From the NCBI RefSeq assembly GCF_037042905.1, contig NC_087255.1, forward strand, positions 32,922,001 through 32,986,000: DNA of 64,000 bases. Direction: 5' to 3'. Below, piece by piece: positions 37,882 to 51,000 of the stretch. The first letter of the stretch is position 1. The number at the start of each line of letters is the position of its first letter. Below the pieces are notes generated by a model. The model was not told the DNA's origin. It did no database searches and was given only the letters and a program-made list of their open reading frames with translations. The stretch is from Lytechinus pictus. Its lineage: Eukaryota. A program made the position numbers and the translations under genes.

Positions 37882-38779
37882 TATGCTAACATGATTGAAG
37901 AGATCTATCTCACTATGCAAATATATATATATCTGTATGCCATTATGAAGACAGAATTCAATGATTATGACTACATGTACATGTATGTAATATCAACAGT
38001 CTTCCAATGGACCAAATATTGCTCCACTTACACCTGTGAAACCAACCCCAGACTGACCAGGGTCTAAAACACAAACGTTAGCAATCAATCGTACACTTGA
38101 TTTTCACGATTGATTGTACATTGCAGTCAATGGAATCGATCGTAGAAAAATGTTCTATGATCATTGCTAAGTTTAGTGTTACGGGCTACAGATCTATTAT
38201 GTTATTTCCAATGACATGCCATCCATCCATTTGGAGTTAGATCAACTGATGTGACTTTTGGCATCCCCCCCCCCCAAAAAAAAAAAAAAAAAACTCTCCT
38301 ATCATAACCTGTCCTGTTTTACAATACATGTATGCATTTCAAATTTAAATGCAAAGTGACAAAGCTACTTTGAATAGCATCAACTCAAGTCCAAACTGTA
38401 CCCAATTGGTTCCTGGTCCCATTCCCAGAATGCACCATTTTACTCATGTATTCTGATTACGATTTTGTTGAACTTTGGTTCACCAACACAGATGAACTTT
38501 CATGATCGTATGTATTCTGATTGTTAAGGCTACATAGAGACCCTTAAATTGTAATTATCATTACTATTATAATATCAAAATCACATTGTGAAATTTCAAG
38601 ATGAATTTATATCACCAAACATTTGATTTTGTGAACTGATATAATTTTGTATCATGATTATACATGTAATGAAGCACCTCCAAAGATTGTATCATCATAA
38701 CATTTATCCAATTCATATGTGTGTATGTGTGTGTGTGCTTGCCGACTAGAAGAATAATGTGGGAAGTGGTTATAACCTG

Positions 38780-38950
38780 GTGGGTGTTTCATAAAGCTGT
38801 TCGTAAGTTAAGAGCGACTTTAAGAACGACTGGTGATCCTTTCTTGTGGTAAATGGTATATTCATTGGCGATGGGTTAGCGCGTAAGAAAGGTTCACCAG
38901 TCGTTCTTAAAGTCGCACTTAACTTACGAACAGCTTTATGAAACGGCCCC
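38780..38950. mobile_element. Hairpin MITE (Harbinger-like CWG flanks) in the R3HDM4 3'UTR
   Basis: 60-bp arms (38786-38845 and 38885-38944) with 2 mismatches. Confidence 0.82.
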
Positions 38951-38991
38951 CAGGACTATCCCTGTGGTAGATTTTCCTCAGAAGCTTTTCA

Positions 38992-39095
38992 TTATCTCAA
39001 TGAATCCAGGTAGCTTGAGAGGAGAACAGCCGGAGGATGGAACGATTCGTTGTTGTTCTCCACACGGGTTTGCCGTTGTCCGTCACAGTCAAAAC
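38992..39095 (-). CDS. R3HDM4: R3HDM4 exon 7
   Basis: FDCDGQRQTRVENNNESFHPPAVLLSSYLDSLR*. Confidence 0.92.
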
Positions 39096-42000
39096 CTACG
39101 AAGGAAACATACATGAAAGAGAGTTAGACTGGAATACAGACCTGCTTAAAAACACCAGAGATAGGACTTTTTACATCTGCATACATCTCTGCTTTTGATT
39201 TCTTGTTTATCAGCAATGAAGATATCATTCTTTAAGAGAAGATTATGACAGATTGAAGGGGTGGAGATGGGTTGCCAGGAGTATTCCTAGCTGTGGGACT
39301 GCAAACAATTTTTCATCCGGATAAAAACTAGTGATTTTCACAGAGTGACTGTTCACACACTGAATAATTATTGAAAATAGTCAGAGAAGCTCAGCAAAAC
39401 TTTCATAGTGTTTCTGACATCATGAGATAACCCGTCTCATGATGATTAATACAATTAAATTGCTCAAGTCTTAAAACTAGCCCAAAATCATCATTTTGAC
39501 AGGACCTGTCGCACAAGAGACGCGATCAAACACAACTTAAAAGATAAATTGCAACTTGACTTTATATCAATGGAATGCACATATTAGAATTGCACTTAAC
39601 ATTTTGAGTAACATTTACATGCTACTCGTTCTGCAATGGTCCCAGATAAGACGATTTCATTATCACATCACATAACATTTATTATTTCATTAACTGATGA
39701 ACTTTATTGAAGTAACATTAAAAATATGAGCTAACACCAAGAGGTAAAAAAAAAGACAAGCATAGACATTTAACACAAGGAAAAATTTCAAATAACAAGG
39801 ATCAAATTATGGATCTTAGCACTTGATCGTACAACAGCATTTTATACTTGATGACACTGTCATTATGCACCATCAAGCATTCCAATCAACTATGCAATCA
39901 AATTGCTAAGCTTTGTGTTACGTGCCGGAGGCGAGTCATTATTTATTTTCTTAATACCAATCGCTGTCTGATGTGAAAGAGGTCTTACTTTCTGAGCTGA
40001 GGCCTAGGTACTGGCAAACAGCATGGAGAAGGAGCCGATCAAAGCTACTATGTAAACTGGAGATGAACACTGATCCAGGATCCTCCGTAAACCACATCAG
40101 GAGCTCTTCTTCATGGAGCTCAATGGCTCCCTGTGGAGAAAGTAAAACAAATAATGCACTGAAAAATAAAAAAAAAGAACAATCAGCAGGAAATTCAAGC
40201 ATTATGGAAAGAAACAGAACTTTGTTATTCCTTGATCATTTTCTCCGAATGAGGCATCATACTAAAGAGAAAATATTGAACTTTTAAGACATTATTTCCT
40301 TTTTGAAGATCACATTTTTTTTTCTTTTTGAAGATCAATGAAAGAGGAGAAGAGGAGAAATTAAGCTTTACAAAGGTATGTCATTTGTCTATTATATTTG
40401 TGATTAAGTTCTGATAAAGCATAGATAATTCTTGGTCTTGTTTTTCTTTTTCTGGGACACACTGTACAGTCTTTTACCTTTGGGAGGTGCCTTCTTCGGA
40501 GCATGGTTTGAAGACGAGTACTGATCCTACTGAAGCAGTCCTTGGGTGAGTGAGCTGGATGCTCTGATAAATTCAAAGATCAAAATTCAAAAAAATACCA
40601 TAACATCAGCATAAACAACATTATTCTACTTCCCAAACACTGAAACAGGTAAAATAGATTATAAGTCTGCTGTGTAAACCCTTCACTCAAGTTAAGTGGT
40701 CTGAATGCAAAGTCTACAATGACTTGGCCCCCTTGTTTGAAACAGCAAGTTTTATTTGTGCTAGTCTTTGTGTGAAGACCCACTTCTTGTCAAAGTTACA
40801 ATCAAGGTCTTGCAGACTAGTAGACTATTTAGGCAATTATCATATCTAACAAATAAATAAATCCCAATTTATACATTTTAAAAATATCATGATACTTCAT
40901 AAAATTTTAGCATAGCCAGGTTATATAGTATAAAATACATGTACTTGTGCAAAGTTATTCTATAAATCATAAATCTAGATGCAATGAGGTTTTTTCCGAG
41001 GATTTTCTTCATGAACTTGAATCATACGTGATATTCCTCCAATTTTCAGCATTGTATTCTCGATTTTATTTGTGAAACGAGAGACCGGTGATTCTACTTC
41101 GAGAAGCTTATGTGTCTTATCGAGACTTGCCAGTGAGTTTACAATCATGACACGGTCCCGTATTTCAGCGGAAGAATTGACGAAGGAAATCAGAAGTGAG
41201 GTGAGAAATGCCATTGAATCTAGCAATGATATCATCGATAAACTTGTAAAGAGGATAAAGGAGGCATTGGTAGAGGAAAACGTTGCTGGAAATATTAAAG
41301 AAACTCTTGACTTCGAGCTTAACGAGAGGGACAACAAGATAGACCAGATGCGAAAGGAAATTGATAGCCTAAGTTTTTTTTTTTTTTTTTTTTTTTAAGG
41401 GTGGGTAGTGATTTTTCTTTCTATTTCATGCATTAAATTAAGTTTTGTGTATATTTTTGTATATTTGCTTTATATGCATGTATTTATGTTTTAAAGGGCC
41501 CCATGGAAGAACAGCGGTATTTTATTAATACCGCTGAAATGGGCCATCCTCCATATGATCTGTATGTTATGTTAAATTGAGCATGTATATATTTTATCTT
41601 TTTTTTTTAATGGAAATAAATACAAACAAACAAACAAACAATGCATGCAATTTTCATGATAGACCCATCCCCCTTTTGTTCATCCATATGTAACTATCAG
41701 AGTTCACGGTTTTATATGTCATCACCATTGTATAAAGCTTATACAATTAATTCTATTAAAAAATCAAATACTGGTTGAACAACAATATATAATCATACTA
41801 CCCTATTTAATCTGGTAATTCAATGCCTCGTTCAACTTGAACTGAACATAAATCAATTGAGTTTATGAATACGTAAGAACAACCCTCGTCCTTTTTTTTG
41901 GCAAAATTGAATCAAACATGGGAAATCATTGCATAAACACGAGTCTATTTTGTGTGTAATTCAAATGCTTGAATTCTAACGAGGGGCCCATAACACAAAG

Positions 42001-45000
42001 CTTAGCAATGATCGTAGAACAGTCTTCTACGATTGATTCCATTGACTATAATGTACAATCAATTGTGAAAATCGAGTGTATGATTAATTGCTAACCATTG
42101 TGTTACGTGACCCAAAGTGTCTAAAATGAATGAAAAACTGACCCAAACCTTCATTGTACAAACAAAAAATCATTTCAATTCTCTTGGACAACTTGAAATG
42201 AACTGTCATTGACTTGGGTCAGTCTTATGTCTCAATTACCTAAATCAGTTTGAAATTTATTCTTTGCAAGAAATGTTCATGTTAGGGGTGCATGTGAATT
42301 TTGTATTCTAATGCATTATGGCAATTCCATTGAGGTAATTGCCATAAAACAGGGCTGTACAATCTTCAGGCATTAGTCAGAGAAAAAAATATCACTGCTT
42401 GTGGGACAGTGTAACGACTATCAAACCAACCAGGAATTGGGTGTTTTGCAATTAAACGTACTGAAAATTTAGGTTTTAATGCATGTTAAATAATTTAGAA
42501 TAACCCACAGGATATAATAGTTACCCACTCTGCCTTCTTCACAAGATACATGTGTGTATGCCCCCCCCCCCAAAAAAAAAAATCTGTTTTATTTTCTTCA
42601 GGATTTCAAAATCCCCAGAAATCTGCGGATCCGCAGAGGAAATTCATGCTTGAATCTTACCACTTCTCTTGTCCTGGACCTCCACTGGAGCCTCCTCTAC
42701 TTTAGCTGGGACCTCTGGCTTGGTAAAACTGTTAACATTCTTGTCCTGATCAAGGGATGCTTTCTTGGCAACCCGGATCATCCCTTCTTCTACTTCCTGT
42801 AGGAAACGATCCTGTTCCTCTCCTGATCGGTTCATGAACTCACTCCAGATCTGGGATAAATTCAGCCAAAGTATAAATTGAGCCAAAGATAAAAACATTA
42901 ATATCAATACTATTCCAATTTTACAGCAAAAAAACATAATTAATATGTAAGACTGTGGTCTGCATCAATCTTTGTCAGGGTGTCAAATGTTCTGTTGATC
43001 TCAAATTATTCAAACATATCTCTATGTACTGATTTGCCAGCCATCATAGCACCAATTCCTTTGGCAAGACATATAAGCTTTTGTCACTCTTGACCCAGGT
43101 GAAGTAAATGGATAGTGGATACCCAGTAGATAGTAATTCCTTGAATTACTGTATGCCTATTCACAGAAGTCATGCTTTATAAAGAAAGGATAAAATCATA
43201 GTACCACTTAGAATTATATAAAGATTATTTGCATCTTCCTCATCAACATCAACATCATCGTCATCATATTTATTATCATTGCTATGATTTTTTACATTAT
43301 CATCGGTAGTATTATATTATCATTCAAATTATGATTGAACTTTATAGGACAAAGTTACTTTATACCTCCATATTTTTCTCCTGCAAGAAGAGTTGTTCAA
43401 ATGCACTGGAATGCGAGGAGATAAAGTCACTGATATCTGGCTCTCCAACTTGGTAGTCTTCATCAAGCAATGTCTTCAAAAAATTGTCTGAAATAATAAA
43501 ATCCAAGCCAAATATCATTTGGAATTTGAAAAGAATACCATAAGGGGCAAGTTGGAGAAAGAGCAGCATTAAGTAGAAAACAAATGTGGTCATCACAAAA
43601 TCATCTAAAATTAAATCTAAGAAAAACTAAAGTTGTTGCATATCAGACCATGTTGTAAAATGTCATCATCATTGTAATTTACTGTTTCTGATATTCCTAT
43701 TCTGTCATTTTCTATTATGTCCATAATGGACTGCTTCTAGGAGTACCAGATATCCAGCTTTCTAAACTCCAGCGTATACAAAATTCAGCCGCAAGGCTCT
43801 TAGTTCACGAAAAGAAATTTGAACATGTAACACCGATCCTACATAGTCTCGACTGGCTCCCATAAAGGATCGCATTTTGTTTAAAGTCCTCACTCCCTGC
43901 TTACCTCAGTGATTTAATTCAGAAATATCAACCCAGCCGAAATTTTGTTCACTATCAAAGGATCTTCTCTCAGAAATACGAGTACAGTCAAAGGCTTTTG
44001 GTGATAGAGCTTTTGGGAAAATGGCACCAAAATTGTGGAACAATCTGCCTCATAACATAAGATCAACAACAGATTTCAACAGATTCATATCTGTGTTCAA
44101 AACATACCTTTTTAAGAGGCACATTATAAGCCCAATAGAAAACAATAATTTTTCTTACACGCATAGAGACTATTTATATGGTATTATGCGTCTCTAAGAA
44201 CTGCTGATTATTTTTATTACTATTATTACATGTACATCAGAGAAATTGAAAGTGATTGAATTACCCATTGGACATAATCTCTTTAATTTTCCAAAGAGGA
44301 TATATTTTGTATTACACCCAGTCACAGGGTATCTTATGTCTCATAGCATTCTTACATTACACAGCATGAAGTCTCTCATTTACTCAAAATATTCAGTTTA
44401 TGCCTGATTTGTCTGCATATCAAAGAAAGGTGATAAGGCACACAGAGGAACTAATGCCACAATATGTGGATATTATCAGGAGGGGGGGGGGGGGGGGGTG
44501 GCACTGGTATTACATGGACTTTCAAAATGGAACCAAAACAATAGACCAGTTCGTAGTTACTTCATGGACAATTTTGGTCAAATTACCTTTCATTTCTTTC
44601 ATTTTGATAGGCAGATTTGAAAGCAAGATATTACATACCGGTAAACATGCCTTACATCGTACATAGCAGGATGAAGGAATTGAATAGACCAGGTGACTAG
44701 AATGGCACACCAATGAACACTCCATAAAGGCATTTGTTGCATTTCTGGTTTGAATGCATATTAGAGCATGTTGTACAATGTACTTGGCAAACTGTGAAAT
44801 ACATGTACCAGTCGTTCGTGGACGCATTGTTTTTTGTGGATGTAAATGCATATATGGAAGTGCTTATCTCATTAAATTTTAAACCACCATGTCACTTTTG
44901 TACTACCAATGACCTTCCTCTGATCATGGGCAGAATCTTCTGATCATGTGAAGTGGAACTACGAACTGGCTTATTACTGTACGTTATCCATCCACCTCAA

Positions 45001-48000
45001 AGTATTTTGTCATGATTTCCTAACCCTAACGGGTGAAAAGCGTACCTTTTTACCTGATTAAGGCAATTTGGGTATCTTCTCGTTGTATAATGTACACCCT
45101 CCGTCTGTAAAATACAACTCTTTTCAAACTTTTGCTTTCCTGTACGAGTGCATAGTGTCCACCTAGTATTGGCAGTGGCCCCTCTGTCACCTGACAATAC
45201 TATTCCTATTAATAAAGGAGAAGTAAACTGAACCACTGTGACTAGCGGGTCTTTCCTCCCGTTATAACTGAATTTGAAGGTGTGCAAGTTGGCCACTACA
45301 TCAGGAGGTGACTCTCCTTCACATGGGACCTCCATTTAACATCCTATCTGAGGAACAGTGTTTTCCACTGTAACATAGTCTGCGACGATGAAACAGGGAG
45401 TGGCGCGTAAGCACGGAATGCAGGCTTCAGCCATCCTTAAGGGGTGGACTTGAACCCTCTTTCTTTGTCTGGCAGACATATCCTGAACTGACTATAAAGC
45501 CAACTAGGTCCCTAAGTTGTAAATTAACAAGAACAGACTTACTGTTATCAATCCTCCTTGCTTGCCTGACTCCCGTCTTCTTCTTACGCCGAGGAGAATT
45601 AGAGAACGAGCTGGAGGGAAGATTCTTCTTTGGGGAAAGTCCCTTTGGCTCGGTCTTCATAACTGAAGGCTGTAAGCTAACCGGTGTCTCAATCAACCTG
45701 TATATGGATGAGAAGACACAAAGGGAGATTGATTTAAAGAGTATTTCTTCATTTACAGCACTATTTTGGTGAGTCTCTTTCATATTACAGTATGGTAGTG
45801 GATTGTATAGAGTACTTACTGTACCGGAGTCATGATGTCACAATTTTTTATAATTTTTTTGAATGTTGCCAAATGCCATTTTCACGAGTAGATAAAGACA
45901 ATTTATAGTGAGATTTATTTCATCAGAATCATCACTGTTGAAATAAATCTTATTGGCAATCTCTCTTTATATCTACTCTTCAAAATAGGAACCACCTATG
46001 GAAATTCTCCTGAATTACATGCTGGTTCCCATTTTCACGAGTAGATAAAGACAGTTTACCAGTGAGATTTATTTCGTCAGAATCATCACTGACAAAATAA
46101 ATCTCATTGGCATTCTCTTTATATCTACTCTTCAAAATGGGAACCACCTATGGAAATTCTCCTGAATTACATGCTGGTTCCCATTTTCACGAGTAGATAG
46201 AGACATTTAGTAATATCAACTGCAAAGCAAATACCACCCTTGCCTTCCTATGCAGAACCTCCGCATCAACCTGCCTGAACTTAAAGCTACTGCCTCCAAA
46301 GTACTAGCACAGCCTCTTGTTGAAGACTGTTCTTCAATATGGGATCCATCAACCAGTTGTCTTATCCACCAGATTGAGATGATCCAAAGGCGGGCAGCTA
46401 GATTCGTGCTAAACAGATACCACAACACCTCTAGCGTTACATCTAAGCTTGAAGAACTGGGATGGCCCCAGCCCCACACTACAGAAACGAAGGGAAGAAT
46501 ACTGGTCCTTACGTACAAGCTGCACCACAATCTTGTCAGCTTCCCAGTGGAAGAATACATCACCCCAATAACTGGATCAACAAGAACTCGATCACAGCAG
46601 CAAGGAAATGGCTACCAGCTACCACACTGCAGGACTGAGCACCATCATCAATCCTTCTTTCCAAGGTATGGAATGCTCTCCCTCCCAACAAAATCAATGC
46701 CTCTTCTCCGAAAGCCTTCCTCCTGAGACTGGCGGAAGGCTAGAGCTAAACCAGATGGGACTTTTACTCGCACCTGTGTATATATTTGCACAGCACACCT
46801 AAACCTGGCCATACACACATGCCAAACCATCTACAAGAATATTCAATCCTGAAGGAGGCAGATGTAACCTGAAGAAGGAGAAGTTTACAAGTGAGATTTA
46901 TTTCGTCAGAATCATATCACAGACGAATTAAATCGCATTAGTAATCTGTCTTTATCTACTCTTCAAAATGGGAACATTGTACATGCTGGTTTTTATTTTC
47001 ATGAGTACCGGGTAGATTGTAAGATTTTATTGACTCTATCAACCCCCTCTCTGGGTATGAGAGTACGAACATATTTACAATACATGAATACAAAAATATA
47101 AGTCATAATATATACATGTACAATATGTGAAACTAAAAGATTATATAAACAAGTCCTGCCATTCAGTGGCGGCCGCACAGAAGCGTTGTGAGCGTAACAG
47201 AACACTAACAGTAGGGCCAGTCACATCTTTCACGGTTGACACCGCCTAGACGCATTGTTTTCACTAACAGAGCGCTAACAGGAGGCCTATCGGTATCAAT
47301 AAACTCACAGAAGCTTAGCCAAATTCATAATCTAACAATAAAAGGCCCAGCAGAAGCTAACAGTGGCGTTAATGTTAATCTTTGAAGCAATATTCTGGGT
47401 GGACAAAATTTAAATAAACCTAATTTTGTATGATACAATAGACCCTCATTGCATATTCCTGAAGATATGAATATATATTTCACCGAAATAGGGCCTAATG
47501 CAAAATTTTAAGATAGCATAATTTTTTGTATTCATTTTCAATTTTTATAAATTTATAAGTGTTTTGTTTTTCTCACTTTACTGTTCAAACCGTATTATTT
47601 TCTTCAGCCTGGAGTACCCCTTTAAGAATGGGTATAGCGGGGGATGTTGATTAGTGCCAAGATATGATCCTTTTCATCAAGATTTTTTTCTTCCTAAGAT
47701 ATATCATTGTTTTAAGTCTTTGAAGACATTTTTAAGAATAGAAAGAAGGACAATAGCTGATGAAATTCATCGCATTATAATCTTCATTGGCAAATACTCT
47801 ATCATGAGCATGATGAGTGAAGTCTGTGAAGAGCATTTTCAAACAAAAGAAACTGATGAAAAATGGGATTGCATTTTCTTTTGGTACAGAATCTCCATCG
47901 TAATATCATGATACGCTAATTTTCTTGATCTTTTTAAAGCTTATTTGATATTTTTTAAAATCAAATTAGTATGTATATTTACTACTTACTGTCATTTCAT

Positions 48001-51000
48001 GTTTAAAATGTAATAAGGAAATTTTTGTAGGCCTATACAGTGCGTCCCAAAAAAAAAACGAAACCGAGATTTAGAGATGATTTATCATAACTTAATCATA
48101 AATACAATAGACAAATGACCTACCAATGTAAAGCTTAGAATCTCCTCTTTCATCTGATATTACTTAGATTATTCCTCATTCACGCATGAGTGAGCAAAAA
48201 CAATTCGAAGAAAGGATGCCAAAAAAACATTTGGCGGGGGTATCTGAATTTCAAAAAGAAAATCACATGACTAAAAAGTTCAATATCTGCTCTTTTGTTT
48301 GATACCTTAATCACATAAAATGGTCAAGAAGTAAAAAAGTTATGATCCCTCGAAACAATGCTTGTATTTCAATAATTTCATTAAATAAACGTGTTTTCAC
48401 TGGTTTCCCACAGAAGTAAACTCACGGTAACAAAAGACTTAATGCATGGTTGATCGTCAACAAAACGGAGTGTCGAGTGAGTTTGAACGCTAACCTGTAA
48501 AACCTAAAGCCTTATTTCAAATAACCAGAACTTTGTTATTTCTTGACCATATTCTGTAATTGAGGTATCAAATTAAAAAGCAGATATTGAACTTTTTAAA
48601 AATTTGGTTTTCTTTTTAAAACCCAGATACGGCCCGCCAAGTGACTTTTTGGTATCCCCTTTTTAGATTGTTTTTGCTCACTCATGCGTGAATGAGAAAT
48701 AATTTAAGTAATTTCAGATGAAAGAGGAGATTCTAAGCTTTAAAATGGTAGGTCGTTTGTCTATTGTATTTGTGATTAAGTTATGATAAATCATCGATAA
48801 ATCTCGGTTTCGTTTTTTGTGGGACGCACTGTATAATAATAAATTACATTCCTTTACCCTTTCCTAGACAAGATTTTAAACTTGTAGGATGTGCAATAAT
48901 CATAACTAAATCTTAAGTTAAAGGTAAATGCTAGTTTTGGTAACGATATCAAAATGAGTTCGTACAGAATCCAATGAAATGACCACCAAAGTGTCAAATT
49001 GTATAAATAAAACGCATGTGCCAAAGGATTCTGGAAGAAATTGTGTAATTGCTGAGAAATCAGCACATAAGCACAGGATTCGGGTAGAGCGTCGGGCCCG
49101 ACGCTCAAAGCAATAATTATACACTGTCCCACGTGCGCTTATCTGTGTTGGGGAAGTTCAGTCTGAACATTTTTCAGCGTAGATTTCAAGATTTCACAAA
49201 GTTCAGTTTATGTAACTGTACCAGATCTAGATCCTCGATGATATACTGACAATTAAGCATGGTTTTACAGACTTTCTCATGAAATCAGTGTTTACTGCAA
49301 CTACTGGAATTTCTCTTTAAGTCTAGATCACTACGCACAAATTATAGATTTTGCCTAACTCAAATCCCCTAAAAACACTCGCGCCATAACGGCGCCCTAA
49401 CAGAGCTTTCTGCGCCTTCTGTGCGATCATTCTACCCATGTTGTTAGTAGCTGATTAGTTAAAGAATAATGATATACAGATTGTGATGTCAAGCGTTGAC
49501 CCCAGATGTAAACAATGCATCAATAGCTCCATGCTTTGACATTAGCCATCACGGCGAGATTACCGGTTGTAACAGGGCCCTTTGTTAGCGCAATGTTAAG
49601 CTACATGTAACAGCGTTTCTGTGCGGCCGATACAGGACATTTGACTAATCTACCACTACATGTTTGATTTCCAAAACTTATTTTCTTTTAGGATGAAAGC
49701 AAAGGGATACAGAAAAAGGGGTAGGAAAGATGGAAATCGAAGCAAAAGGATAAGTTTCTGCGCCTTCTGTGCGATCATTCTACCCATGTTGTTAGTAGCT
49801 GATTAGTTAAAGAATAATGATATACAGATTGTGATGTCAAGCGTTGACCCCAGATGTAAACAATGCATCAATAGCTCCATGCTTTGACATTAGCCATCAC
49901 GGCGAGATTACCGGTTGTAACAGGGCCCTTTGTTAGCGCAATGTTAAGCTACATGTAACAGCGTTTCTGTGCGGCCGATACAGGACATTTGACTAATCTA
50001 CCACTACATGTTTGATTTCCAAAACTTATTTTCTTTTAGGATGAAAGCAAAGGGATACAGAAAAAGGGGTAGGAAAGATGGAAATCGAAGCAAAAGGATA
50101 AGTTTCTGCGCCTTCTGTGCGATCATTCTACCCATGTTGTTAGTAGCTGATTAGTTAAAGAATAATGATATACAGATTGTGATGTCAAGCGTTGACCCCA
50201 GATGTAAACAATGCATGAATAGCTCCATGCTTTGACATTAGCCATCACGGCGAGATTACCGGTTGTAACAGGGCCCTTTGTTAGCGCAATGTTAAGCTAC
50301 ATGTAACAGCGTTTCTGTGCGGCCGATACAGGACATTTGACTAATCTACCACTACATGTTTGATTCCCAAAACTTATTTTCTTTTAGGATGAAAGCAAAG
50401 GGATACAGAAAAAGGGGTAGAAAAGATGGAAATCGAAGCAAAAGGATAAGTTTCTGCGTTTGGTATCTCATAATGTTAAGGTAATTAAGGTAAGGTATCT
50501 CATGGAAGTGGCACCATATAAAGATAATCTTTGATTTTAAAGCATTCAGCACTTTAAAATTTGATAATTGTGAAGGTATAAACCACACTCCTCAGCTAAT
50601 CTTTATGTCACTTATAGGTAAGCACCTTAAATTTCTTAATGGTTCAATGATTACTTAAATATAACACTTACCTTGTGTTTCCTTTCATAATGCACATCGC
50701 TTTCTTCTATTTTTCTTTACTCTCCACTTTTATTTTCATAATTGCTTGATTTTGCTTCTATATATTTTTTGCTTTAAGCACATCATTATCTTGCATATAC
50801 CGTGTTCTGCTATTTCTTTCTTCCTCATTCTCTTATGGTTTGGAGCATACTGGAAATGGTTCTAAGAAGAGATGGAGGAAGCATACAATGATGTCAAGAT
50901 ACCAAGTGTCCCTAAAGCAACTGTTGCATGTGACCATGGAGGACCATGGAGTTCCCTGGAGATCATTTTGGAAGATGATATGTTGAGACTTTTGGTTCAC

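Larger units (their letters stand above)
47170..49629. mobile_element. TIR element (CGGCCGCACAGAA) containing nested MITEs
   Basis: CGGCCGCACAGAAGCG at 47170 and CGTTTCTGTGCGGCCG ending at 49629; CTAACAG-type subterminal motifs near both ends. Confidence 0.6.
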
